The position numbers and the translations under genes were made by a program. A stretch of DNA of 64,000 nt from an uncultured virus (IMG/VR IMGVR_UViG_3300036398_003808) (lineage: Duplodnaviria > Heunggongvirae > Uroviricota > Caudoviricetes): IMG/VR virus record IMGVR_UViG_3300036398_003808; one strand, given 5' to 3'. Below are positions 43,281 to 51,799 of this stretch, one piece after another. The notes beneath the pieces were generated by a model that was not told the DNA's origin, did not search any database, and saw only the letters and a program-made list of their open reading frames with translations. Each line of letters opens with the position of its first letter. Positions within the stretch are counted from its first letter, which is position 1.

Positions 43281-43645
43281 GCTGCTCCCCCGCTCGGCAC
43301 CTGCTGCGAACGCACCGCCACCACTGCATAATCCCCACCGCTGGCGTTCTGCTTGTCGAGATAATCCAGTGCCTGGTGAACATTACGACGCCAGGCCACG
43401 CCAGTCTTTCCGCCGTCGTTCGACACTGCGAATCTGATCCCGGGTATGGACTCCGCGTCGTCCTGTGGACTTCGCTCCGCGTTCCTGGTGCGCAGGCAGC
43501 TGGCGTTCAGCTTGGCGTAAATCGCCTGCCAGTCGGTCTCCTCGGCACCGGGAATGGGTCCCTGGTTCTCGAGGTGCTGCAGCAGACGCATCAGCGAGAA
43601 GTATTCCGCCGCCGCGATGGGTTCGTGGTTCTGTTGGTTGAGCAT
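43277..43645 (-). CDS. Hypothetical protein
   Basis: MLNQQNH start after A-rich leader. Confidence 0.6.
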   Translation of the reverse strand: MLNQQNHEPIAAAEYFSLMRLLQHLENQGPIPGAEETDWQAIYAKLNASCLRTRNAERSPQDDAESIPGIRFAVSNDGGKTGVAWRRNVHQALDYLDKQNASGGDYAVVAVRSQQVPSGGAA

Positions 43646-44025
43646 GATTTGGGTTTTCGGTTTTTCTTCTCCTCGCACTCGGGGCATATCAGATCGAAGT
43701 CGGCCTCTGTGATGTCGCGCAGTTCACCGGGCGGAAATGTCCGGCTGCAGACCGAGCAGATGTCCACACCGGTGCCGTGCTTCTCGGCTGCGACGACCAG
43801 CTGACGCCGCGGTACCGTGATCATCCACGGGCGCTCCGGTATCTTCACGACCGCCAGGTCCAACTTCCTCGCCTCGATCATCCGCTCGAACCCGGGGATG
43901 AAGGGCTGACCCACCTCGCACAGCAGCGAGCAGTCGAACCCCATGTCCGTCGTGGCCTGGTAGCGGAAGAAATGGGCGGTGTACCCGGCAATTCTCTTTG
44001 TCACGATTCTCAGGTGGTGGTTCAT
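43591..44025 (-). CDS. Hypothetical protein with Zn ribbon
   Basis: CSVC..CPEC. Confidence 0.6.
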   Translation of the reverse strand: MNHHLRIVTKRIAGYTAHFFRYQATTDMGFDCSLLCEVGQPFIPGFERMIEARKLDLAVVKIPERPWMITVPRRQLVVAAEKHGTGVDICSVCSRTFPPGELRDITEADFDLICPECEEKKNRKPKSCSTNRTTNPSRRRNTSR

Positions 44026-44222
44026 GGCGTCATGGCCTTCACGACGTCAGGATCGTCGCTGGTCAGTTGAAACGATCCGCACACGTATTCGGAGTCCGTG
44101 GGTAGCTCGTGCGAATCAGGATCGAAGTTCTTGATCGCTGCTTCGATGTCGGCAGCCTTCACTGTCACCCATCCGCACATCTCCCAGGTGACCGGAATTT
44201 GAAACGTCTGCTCGTCGCTCAT
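44022..44222 (-). CDS. Hypothetical phage protein
   Basis: MSDEQTFQIPVTWEMCG. Confidence 0.65.
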   Translation of the reverse strand: MSDEQTFQIPVTWEMCGWVTVKAADIEAAIKNFDPDSHELPTDSEYVCGSFQLTSDDPDVVKAMTP

Positions 44223-44563
44223 GCCGACACCTCCGTCGTCGGTATCCCGAGCGCCTTTTGGATTTCGCGCAACTGGGTCGCGCGTTCGAATTGCTCGCCG
44301 AGGCGACGACCCACACCGACCGACACCTCCGTCGTCGGTATCCCGAGCGCCTTTTGGATTTCGCGCAACTGGGTCGCGCGTCCGAATTGCTCGCCGAGGC
44401 GACGACCCGCGCCGAACCCGTAGGCCGCGGCGCGAACTTCCACCTCGTCCTTCGCAGCCCATGGCAGCTGGCAGACGTGCTCGCCGTCGTCGTTGCAGAT
44501 GTTCGTGTAATTGCCTTCGATTTCGTAGCTCCACGTCTCGATTCCGATGTGAACTGTTGTCAT
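44219..44563 (-). CDS. Hypothetical protein with duplicated C-terminal 32 aa
   Basis: GRRLGEQFxRATQLREIQKALGIPTTEVS twice. Confidence 0.65.
   Translation of the reverse strand: MTTVHIGIETWSYEIEGNYTNICNDDGEHVCQLPWAAKDEVEVRAAAYGFGAGRRLGEQFGRATQLREIQKALGIPTTEVSVGVGRRLGEQFERATQLREIQKALGIPTTEVSA
44224..44408. repeat. Near-perfect tandem duplication, 96-nt period
   Basis: 44224.. and 44320.. are nearly identical. Confidence 0.9.
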
Positions 44564-44612
44564 GGTTGTTTTGGTATTTTAGATGTGCGTCTGTAGGTCA
44601 GTTGGCGACGGC

Positions 44613-44843
44613 TCATTTCACCCTCCTGAAATCGCCGGCGTTTACGCTCCCTTCCACGACTGGGTTCGCCCTCCATGCGCCTTCCGCAGTGCCGTAGCCG
44701 AGTCGATGGCACAGGCCCCACATGTCGGAAGACGACTCCCATTCCTCGAAGGATTTGTAGTTGTTCCGGAGCCGGGTCCTCCAGCCCATGAGTCCTGACT
44801 TGCAGCGTACCCGGTAAACGCGATTGGTGGTGTGCGTCTTCAT
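44613..44843 (-). CDS. Hypothetical protein
   Basis: MKTHTTN start overlaps upstream stop. Confidence 0.6.
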   Translation of the reverse strand: MKTHTTNRVYRVRCKSGLMGWRTRLRNNYKSFEEWESSSDMWGLCHRLGYGTAEGAWRANPVVEGSVNAGDFRRVK

Positions 44844-45139
44844 ATCGAGAATTCCGCGGTGAAGCGGTGCTTGATCGAATTCCGACGCAGCCACTCCATT
44901 ACCAGCGTCAGCTTGGTAATACCGAATTTATGGACGTCCAAGATGTGATACGGTCCGCGGCACCACGACTTCCACCGCCCGAGCACGTGCTCCTGTGGAT
45001 CACCCAGGATGCCGGCCAGTTCGTCGAACCGATACTTCGGCAGTCGCTGCCGGATTTCGAGATCGGCCCCGTGTCCGTCATCGAAACGATGGAGCAGGAA
45101 CAGGAGGCATCCGTTGATAGCTGATTGGGATTTGTTCAT
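44840..45139 (-). CDS. Hypothetical protein
   Basis: 99 aa; overlap chain. Confidence 0.6.
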   Translation of the reverse strand: MNKSQSAINGCLLFLLHRFDDGHGADLEIRQRLPKYRFDELAGILGDPQEHVLGRWKSWCRGPYHILDVHKFGITKLTLVMEWLRRNSIKHRFTAEFSI

Positions 45140-45321
45140 TGTTTTTCCTTGGTTGGTATCGCCTTCACTATCACCTTCACTATCGCCTTCCGCAGCCTCT
45201 CTGCCTTGCGCCGTGCGCTGGTCGCCCGCGCTGGGTAACCAGCATCTTCGACATCGTCAGCCAGTTCATTCAGAGTGTCGACCAAGTCTTCCAGAAACGC
45301 TGCCGGCAGTGTCAATTTCAC
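45136..45321 (-). CDS. Hypothetical protein
   Basis: GTG start overlaps the stop of the small upstream ORF. Confidence 0.5.
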   Translation of the reverse strand: MKLTLPAAFLEDLVDTLNELADDVEDAGYPARATSARRKAERLRKAIVKVIVKAIPTKEKQ

Positions 45322-45404
45322 TTGGTCCTCCTGCGGTTGCGCCAGCCGATTAGCAGCAGCGTGCAGGCTGCCAGCGCGAGGATAACGCACGTTGTCTTGT
45401 TCAT
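45318..45404 (-). CDS. Small membrane peptide (28 aa)
   Basis: MNKTTCVILALAACTLLLIGWRNRRRTK; ATGA and GTGA overlaps at both ends. Confidence 0.5.
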   Translation of the reverse strand: MNKTTCVILALAACTLLLIGWRNRRRTK

Positions 45405-45814
45405 GATTTTGGGCATGGTGGATTAGGAATTTGCCGCGCTTCGGCTTTGCAATATGCCGCGTAGGTCTTGAAGCCCCCCTTGTCATACCACTTCCTGATC
45501 CGGGCTGGATCGTGGAAGTGGCCCTGTCCGGGCTCGCGGCGGCTGAAACCGACGATAGACTCGAACGTGTCTCCCGGCGTGCAGAACTTCTGCAGCACCA
45601 GCTTCGCTTCCTTGTTTTCCATGGCCGCATGGATGGACTCGACGGTGACTCCGATATCGAGGTCGACCCGGCCGTAGCCGTCGTAAGATCCGGTGACGCG
45701 GTCGCCGTTCTTGAACAGCATCGCGACCTCGTATGTCTCGGGCATGTATCCCCAGCTGTTGCTGTTCAGGATGGGGAGGTTGGTCTTAGCACATGTATAT
45801 GATGTGAATCCCAT
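45401..45814 (-). CDS. Hypothetical phage protein
   Basis: MGFTSYTCAK..GSYDGYGRV pattern. Confidence 0.75.
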   Translation of the reverse strand: MGFTSYTCAKTNLPILNSNSWGYMPETYEVAMLFKNGDRVTGSYDGYGRVDLDIGVTVESIHAAMENKEAKLVLQKFCTPGDTFESIVGFSRREPGQGHFHDPARIRKWYDKGGFKTYAAYCKAEARQIPNPPCPKS

Positions 45815-45844
45815 TGGTTTGGTTGGTGTTGGTGTTGGTGTTGG

Positions 45845-46057
45845 TTACAGTCCGTCGATAATCGCAGGCTCCACGTTCAGGTGCTGCAGCTGGGTCAGTG
45901 TGGCGTTATAGAGTGCCGTGACGGTGACCTGCGCGTCGTGGACCCGCCGGCGGTTCGTCTCGCTGTTCGCGTGACTTTGCGCCTTCGCGGCCGCCGCATA
46001 AACGATCAACGCTTCCTGAAAGCGCACCAAGGCAGTGGCATACGGCAGTGCGTTCAT
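45845..46057 (-). CDS. Hypothetical protein
   Basis: MNALPYA start overlaps upstream stop. Confidence 0.55.
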   Translation of the reverse strand: MNALPYATALVRFQEALIVYAAAAKAQSHANSETNRRRVHDAQVTVTALYNATLTQLQHLNVEPAIIDGL

Positions 46058-46638
46058 TCGTCCCCCTTCAGGTAGAATCCGCCGGAGGCCCACACGACGA
46101 CCGAGTCGGGCGGGCGACCGTCGGTGATGATCCTGGCGTAGTAATCGCCCTCCAGTTTTGGCATGAGCTTTCCATCCAGTCGGAGTTCACCGTTGAACTC
46201 CTCCTTCGCCCATTTTCGGATCAGCGCTTCCAGGTCCACCTTCTCCCGCTTTCGGATTGGACGCACCCACTCCTGTCCGCTGCGGCACTCTCGCACAACC
46301 ATGTAGCAGTCCAGTGGTTTGCCGGCGGCATTCGCCCGGTTGAACACGCCCAGCGCAGTGTCGGCCTCCTTGTCGAGCCGTGTGCCAGCGAACGACACCC
46401 ACACCCACGCCGACACATATGCGCCGTTATCGTCGCCTTCGCTGACAATCGCATTGTCATCCACCTCCGTCTCACCTTCGGTCGACGCGCCACCAGCCAG
46501 CGCCACAATTTCGGCAACACGGTCCGGGTCGGGCTGGGCAGCGCTGGCTGCCTCCACGCAGTCTGCGATGGTCAGGTCGCCGCGGCGGATGGCCTCTGTG
46601 ATTGCCTGTGGAGTCAGTTTTTTGCCTCCGTTGCTCAT
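46054..46638 (-). CDS. Hypothetical protein
   Basis: 194 aa; EVDDNAIVSEGDDNGAYVSAWVWV. Confidence 0.7.
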   Translation of the reverse strand: MSNGGKKLTPQAITEAIRRGDLTIADCVEAASAAQPDPDRVAEIVALAGGASTEGETEVDDNAIVSEGDDNGAYVSAWVWVSFAGTRLDKEADTALGVFNRANAAGKPLDCYMVVRECRSGQEWVRPIRKREKVDLEALIRKWAKEEFNGELRLDGKLMPKLEGDYYARIITDGRPPDSVVVWASGGFYLKGDE

Positions 46639-46832
46639 CAGTCGCCCTCCATTTCATTGTGTGAAAAGCTCTCGACCTCCGGCACTCCGTCCTTGTCGAT
46701 GTTGAGTCGCATGATGACGTCCTCATCGTCGAACATTTCGCGCGCAGCGTCGAGCCGCTCGGCGGCGTTCTTGTATGGGCCGTGCACTTCGGGTTCGACA
46801 CCCTCCACTACGTTGATGATGTATAGGTTCAT
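46638..46832 (-). CDS. Hypothetical protein
   Basis: MNLYIINVVEGVEPEVHGPY. Confidence 0.65.
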   Translation of the reverse strand: MNLYIINVVEGVEPEVHGPYKNAAERLDAAREMFDDEDVIMRLNIDKDGVPEVESFSHNEMEGD

Positions 46833-46836
46833 TGTG

Positions 46837-46949
46837 TTATTGCAGGTTGATATCGCTTTCGACTTCGTTTCCCCAGCTCGCCCATCCGTCGTGCTTCTGT
46901 CTTGCGAATAGCTCGACGCGCGGCCGTACTTTTTTGGTTGGTCGCGCAT
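46837..46949 (-). pseudogene. Remnant of an MT-A70-family adenine methyltransferase
   Basis: PRVELFARQKHDGWASWGNEV is the MT-A70 C-terminal signature; an out-of-frame MRDQPKKY start is coupled to the upstream stop. Confidence 0.7.
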
Positions 46950-47338
46950 CAGTCGTCGCTCGGCGTGAATGTTGTCTCTTCTCCGCACTTGGTGCACTCG
47001 GCGTCGTAACCAACGGTGGCTCCGTAGGAACGCGTGGTCTTCCAGTCGTGGACGCATTCCTCCTCGGCATCCCGCTGCTCGCACTGCGAGTTCGCCCACT
47101 CCCAGTATCCGCTCTGCACGTTGCCTTCGGCCACCTCGTGTTGCCAGTCCCTCCGCGGGAAGTCAGGGTGCTCGCTCCAGAGGTCCACTGCCATCATCGC
47201 AACCACCTCGGCTGTGACCACGTCCGGGAATATCCGGTCCAGCGCTGCCTGCAGCTCCGGTGGTGTGTCCTTCGCTCCTTCCGGAATGACCCCGCTGAAG
47301 AGCCCGGTGTCGTCGGTGTTATTTGTCTTTTTTTTCAT
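46949..47338 (-). CDS. Hypothetical protein with C-terminal Zn ribbon
   Basis: HPDFPRRDWQHEV..GYWEW; CVHDW..CTKCG. Confidence 0.7.
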   Translation of the reverse strand: MKKKTNNTDDTGLFSGVIPEGAKDTPPELQAALDRIFPDVVTAEVVAMMAVDLWSEHPDFPRRDWQHEVAEGNVQSGYWEWANSQCEQRDAEEECVHDWKTTRSYGATVGYDAECTKCGEETTFTPSDD

Positions 47339-47615
47339 CGGTGTATTTCTTGAAGTGCAGATCGAGCTCCGCGCTGATAGCCCAAAACTCGGCTGCATAG
47401 TGTTCGGAGGCTTCCACATCCCCACGCTGCAGCGCAGCGCGGGCATTCGCGGAAGCTCGGTTGAGCGCGTCGAGCATCCCACGCGTCCACGCCAGTTGAG
47501 CAGCCCCTGCCCTGCGTGCGCGCCGCTGACCTAACACAACGCTCACGGACGCCAGCCAGATGCCGACGACCACACCACCCATGAACCACGGCAGTAAATC
47601 CGTCGCGATGTTCAT
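47319..47615 (-). CDS. Membrane-anchored hypothetical protein
   Basis: N-terminal TM helix. Confidence 0.6.
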   Translation of the reverse strand: MNIATDLLPWFMGGVVVGIWLASVSVVLGQRRARRAGAAQLAWTRGMLDALNRASANARAALQRGDVEASEHYAAEFWAISAELDLHFKKYTDEKKDK

Positions 47616-47875
47616 TCTGGTTCGATTTGTTGCGCACCCGGAATCGGGGTCAGTTGATCCCGGGCGAATGTGAGTTGCTCATCCTTGGTGCTGATGTTGG
47701 ATCCCTGCCAGAGATCGCAGAAGCTGAGATACTCCAGCCCGATGTGCGTCACGCCGTCGTTGCGCCGCGTCGGCGTCCACCGATAGAACATTTGCGGTGT
47801 CTGCCCGGTCGGGTCACCCGGCCACGGCAGATACATTTGCGCGCCGCGCGTCGCCGCCGCTTGCTGCGCGGTCAC
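47612..47875 (-). CDS. Hypothetical protein
   Basis: GTG start overlaps ligase stop. Confidence 0.5.
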   Translation of the reverse strand: MTAQQAAATRGAQMYLPWPGDPTGQTPQMFYRWTPTRRNDGVTHIGLEYLSFCDLWQGSNISTKDEQLTFARDQLTPIPGAQQIEPE

Positions 47876-50073
47876 AGCATCGCCCGCGCTTCGGCCTCCG
47901 TGAGAATCCGCACGCCGGCCTTCTTTGCCTTGTCCAACTTGCTTCCGCAGTCCTCCCCGGCGATCAGGAAGTCCGTCTTCTTGGACACCGAGCTGCTGAG
48001 GACGGCGCCAACCTTCTCCAGCTCCGCCTCCATCACGTGACGAGGCACGCTGATTGTGCCGGTGAGCACGACCGTCTTGCCTTTGAGCAGGCTGTCGCCA
48101 GCCGCCGGCTCTGCCTTGACGGGTTCCGGCGCGTAGTTGTCCGACTTCACGGTGCCCGGGATGCAATCCCACAGGACGTAATGCCCGATTTCGCTCTGCA
48201 CGAAGTTATCCAGATTCTTCAGCGACACCGGGCCGAGGTGATGGCTGATGTTATACTTTGCCTTCAGCTCGTCGAACTCCTTTTGCCGCTTGGCTTCGTG
48301 ATAGTCCACCATGCGACGAAACAATCCCTGCGTATGCGAGCAATGCGTGATCAGCTCCTGGGTATTTTCGCACAACCGGCTGATTTCCTTCGACGTGTTC
48401 TTCCCGATGGTGTGGATCCCCAGCGCGACAATCCAGTTCCGCAACGGCAGTTTCTCCGCCGCATCCATGGCCCTGCGCAGTGTGTTCGCCCGTGATGCGC
48501 CGAAGGTCATCTTGCTGCCAGACTCCGTAGTCCACGACAGGTTGGCAAACCACGACGTAGGAGCCGCGAACAGGTCAAATGGGTGCTCGAACTCATCCAG
48601 CTCCAGCGGCGCGCGGAACGCGATCTCAGCGCACAGCTCAGTGCCCATCTGTGACAGGTTCAGGCAGTCGCGGCTGGCCATGTGCTCGATGCGGGCCGCC
48701 ATCTGCGCCGGGCAGCCGGCGGTGTTGGTGCACATCCAAACTGATGCCGCCTTCTCTTCGTCCTCAGTCTTCCGCTTCTCGAAGCTCATACCGCCGCAGC
48801 TCGGGCACTTGTCGCCGATGTGATTCGTCAAGAAGAAGATGCTCTGGATCTTTCGCTCGCCGTGCGTAATCGACCGCAAAACTTCGGGTATAATCGCCCC
48901 AGCCTTGCGAACGACCACCCGGTCGCCCACCTGCAGCCCCAGGCGGTTGATCTGGTCCTCGTTGTGCAGAGTGGCGCGGGAAACGATGGTCCCATCCACC
49001 TCGACCGGTTCCAGCTCAGCGACTGGCGTCAGGACGCCGCTGCGGCCCACCTGGACGGTGATGGCCTTCAGCGTGGTCTCAACCTCCTCCTGCTTGAACT
49101 TGAAGGCGATGGCCCACCGCGGCGCCCGGGAGGTGCTGCCGAGGTGCTTGCGCAGGTCGTAGTCGTTGACCTTGAGCACGACTCCGTCGGTCGGATAGGG
49201 CTGATCGGCGATCTCCTTCAGCCGGAGCCGCGAGATCACCTCGCCCGTCGCTCGGTGGCTGCCGTCCGCGAGGAGGTAGACCGCCGGTGCGAACTTGAGC
49301 CCCAGCGATTGCAACCACTCCGCGTCGTCGCCGTAACAGTCGGACAACGTGCCAGAGGCGATGCCGTGTGCGATGAACGACAGCCCCTGTCCAATCACCT
49401 CCTCGAAGTTCTTGCGCCGCAGGATGCCGGCCGCTGCGTTGCGCGGGTTGGAGTAGACCTCCTCGCCCGCTGCCTTCTGCCGGGCGTTCAGCGCCTCGAA
49501 GTCGGCGAAGGTCATGAAGACCTCGCCGTTGATCTCGATCGGGTCGCAGTTCAGCTCCAGCGGCACCAGCTCGGCCATCATCACGTTGAGCGTGACATCA
49601 TCCCCGGTCTCGCCGTCGCCGCGGGTGACCGCCTTGAGCAGTGCCACCCCCTTCGTCAGCCGCGGGTTCAGCCCGTAGGTCAGCCGCAGGCTCAGCCCGT
49701 CGATCTTCGGCTCGGCGACGAGCGCGCAGCCTTTGCAGGCCTCGTCGTCGTTCAGCTTCGCCAGCCACTTGGTCAGCTCATCGATGTTGCCGTCGTCCCC
49801 GGCGAACACGTTGTCCAGTGACTGCATCGGGCAGCTGTGCTTCGCCTTGGCGAAGCCGGACTGCGGATGCGGGGCCGCCCCCACCTTGTTCAGGATGGTG
49901 TCGCGCCACACCGGGTCGTCCGTCTCGTGGGCATCGTCGGCGCGTGCGTCCTGGTGTTCCCGCCAGAGCGCGTCGTATTCTGCGTCCCGCATGGAGGGCT
50001 GGCCGTTGTGATAGTTCTCGTTGGCAAGCCGCAACACTTTCTCTCGGGCTGCGTTAGTCATGGGTGTGTTCAT
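47872..50073 (-). CDS. ligA: NAD-dependent DNA ligase
   Basis: DAEYD, EPKIDGLS, TRGDG, NPRNAAAG, DGVVLK, PRWAIAFK, RATLHN, C4 Zn finger, C-terminal BRCT (SVSKKTDFLIAG). Confidence 0.97.
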   Translation of the reverse strand: MNTPMTNAAREKVLRLANENYHNGQPSMRDAEYDALWREHQDARADDAHETDDPVWRDTILNKVGAAPHPQSGFAKAKHSCPMQSLDNVFAGDDGNIDELTKWLAKLNDDEACKGCALVAEPKIDGLSLRLTYGLNPRLTKGVALLKAVTRGDGETGDDVTLNVMMAELVPLELNCDPIEINGEVFMTFADFEALNARQKAAGEEVYSNPRNAAAGILRRKNFEEVIGQGLSFIAHGIASGTLSDCYGDDAEWLQSLGLKFAPAVYLLADGSHRATGEVISRLRLKEIADQPYPTDGVVLKVNDYDLRKHLGSTSRAPRWAIAFKFKQEEVETTLKAITVQVGRSGVLTPVAELEPVEVDGTIVSRATLHNEDQINRLGLQVGDRVVVRKAGAIIPEVLRSITHGERKIQSIFFLTNHIGDKCPSCGGMSFEKRKTEDEEKAASVWMCTNTAGCPAQMAARIEHMASRDCLNLSQMGTELCAEIAFRAPLELDEFEHPFDLFAAPTSWFANLSWTTESGSKMTFGASRANTLRRAMDAAEKLPLRNWIVALGIHTIGKNTSKEISRLCENTQELITHCSHTQGLFRRMVDYHEAKRQKEFDELKAKYNISHHLGPVSLKNLDNFVQSEIGHYVLWDCIPGTVKSDNYAPEPVKAEPAAGDSLLKGKTVVLTGTISVPRHVMEAELEKVGAVLSSSVSKKTDFLIAGEDCGSKLDKAKKAGVRILTEAEARAML

Positions 50074-50285
50074 TGTGCAGTGATGTGTAGTTTGTCGAGG
50101 GCCTCGTCAGCCCATGTGCGTCCGAAGATTCGGACTGCTATCTCAGGGCTCATTTCTGGCCAGAGTGAATACCCCGTTTCGTTCATGTCCGCGTCGAAGT
50201 AGTAGACGATCGTGCCGCTCGACCTCCTTCCTGAGAAGGCGGAGATGCTGCGCAGGTAATCGTCGGTGCAGGGATGGCTAGTCAT
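50070..50285 (-). CDS. Hypothetical protein
   Basis: MTSHPC start overlapping upstream gene end. Confidence 0.5.
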   Translation of the reverse strand: MTSHPCTDDYLRSISAFSGRRSSGTIVYYFDADMNETGYSLWPEMSPEIAVRIFGRTWADEALDKLHITAQ

Positions 50286-50727
50286 CCTTGGTCTCCCTCT
50301 CGGCAATCGCGATCCGGTCCATCGCCTTGTAGTGAGCGCCGCGTATCTCTGCGAGCCGTTCGCGCTTGGCGATGTAGAGCGCGCTCCACGCATAGCGTTC
50401 CTTGAGCTGCGCCGGGGTGCGTTGGTCTGCTGCCTCTGGCTGGTCGCTGGCGAGCATTTGCTTCTCCATGTGGACCATCTCCGCTGAGATACGATCCCAC
50501 TCCGGCTTCACCTTCAGCCAGGCGTTTTCCTCCACCAGCTCGTCGTAGCGGTTCCAGCAGAGGACCAGCCGCTCGGCGTTTCTCAGTCCGTCCACGGCTG
50601 CGTGGTCCTCCGCCGTTTCCGCCACGAGCGCCGCGCCGTCGACCGCGCGTATGGAGAACCCCTGATTGAGGCGTGTGCGCTCCGTGACCACGTGCAGCTT
50701 CCCTTGTGTGTGCGCGGCGGTGGTCAT
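50278..50727 (-). CDS. Hypothetical phage protein
   Basis: HTQG..NAERLVLCWN pattern. Confidence 0.7.
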   Translation of the reverse strand: MTTAAHTQGKLHVVTERTRLNQGFSIRAVDGAALVAETAEDHAAVDGLRNAERLVLCWNRYDELVEENAWLKVKPEWDRISAEMVHMEKQMLASDQPEAADQRTPAQLKERYAWSALYIAKRERLAEIRGAHYKAMDRIAIAERETKDD

Positions 50728-51248
50728 GATGACACCTCCACGTCTGCCGACGTCATGTAGGACGTCAGCCCGGCCCCAGGGATCACGTGACCGTCGATGA
50801 ACACCTTGACCGCCTCCATGGGAATTTCGAAGGATATGGTCGCCAGCTCTTCCGGCATGAACTGCTTCGGCAGCGTGACGCAAAACGTCACGTCTACTGA
50901 CACCTTTTGCGGCGCCGACCCGTCGCCGATCAGGATGAGCCACCCAGGGTTGCACGCGACGAGCCAGCTCGCGAAGGTGAACTCGATGCCCGGGTGGTGC
51001 GCGGCGTGCCGGTGGGTGAGCTCGACGATCTGGTTGGTCTCGCCTTCGCCCCGTATGCGGCACGTCCAGTCGCCTGCTTCGTCGAGGACGAAAACAGAGA
51101 CCGCATCGGTCTCTGAGAGCGTGTGCGGCGGTCCGTCGGGGTCGTAGCCTGGCAGGAGGCGTGCGACTTCAAAGGCCGTGGAAAACCTGCTGAAGTATGT
51201 CGTGGAACCGCCGCGACTCGACGCGACTGTTGTTTGGATTCTGATCAT
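50724..51248 (-). CDS. Hypothetical protein
   Basis: MIRIQTT start overlaps upstream stop. Confidence 0.6.
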   Translation of the reverse strand: MIRIQTTVASSRGGSTTYFSRFSTAFEVARLLPGYDPDGPPHTLSETDAVSVFVLDEAGDWTCRIRGEGETNQIVELTHRHAAHHPGIEFTFASWLVACNPGWLILIGDGSAPQKVSVDVTFCVTLPKQFMPEELATISFEIPMEAVKVFIDGHVIPGAGLTSYMTSADVEVSS

Positions 51249-51739
51249 TTGAAGAGTTGCAGTTGTTTGACGTTGATGCCCCAGATTTCGACGTAGTCCC
51301 TGATTACCAGCTTCTGGCAGTCCGCCGGCAGAAGCCGGAACGGAATGCGCCGGCTGTCGCCGTCTCCCCATTTGGCCTTGTCGCCGATCTTTGGCGGCCA
51401 GCCGCCAGGCGCGTCGAAGTTCAACTCCGCTTCCCCGTGCATGCCGACTCCCTGGGGATGGAACGGGTGACAGCTCATCCCCACGTAGTGCGCGCGACCG
51501 CCGCGTCCTTTGAAGCGCCCAGTGAACACCACGGTGTAGCGGTCGGCGGTGCCTTTGCCGGCAGGCAGCAGACGGTGTCCGCAATCCTTCACCGGGCAAC
51601 GCTTGCCGCCTCCGCTGCTGAACTCGAAGCATTTCGCGCAGAACGACTCGTAGACACTACCTCCGTTATCGTAAACGCGGACGTGCTTGGGAACGCCGTC
51701 CGGCATCAGCCGCTGGCGTCTCGTTTCTTGGTTCATCAT
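51245..51739 (-). CDS. Hypothetical phage protein with Zn-ribbon insert
   Basis: RVYDNGG..DRYTVVF..PFHPQGVGMHG. Confidence 0.75.
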   Translation of the reverse strand: MMNQETRRQRLMPDGVPKHVRVYDNGGSVYESFCAKCFEFSSGGGKRCPVKDCGHRLLPAGKGTADRYTVVFTGRFKGRGGRAHYVGMSCHPFHPQGVGMHGEAELNFDAPGGWPPKIGDKAKWGDGDSRRIPFRLLPADCQKLVIRDYVEIWGINVKQLQLFK

Positions 51740-51799
51740 TTTTTATCTGCAACGACTCGCGCCGGGGAGAGTGTCTCCCCGGCGCGATGTTGCTGCTTG

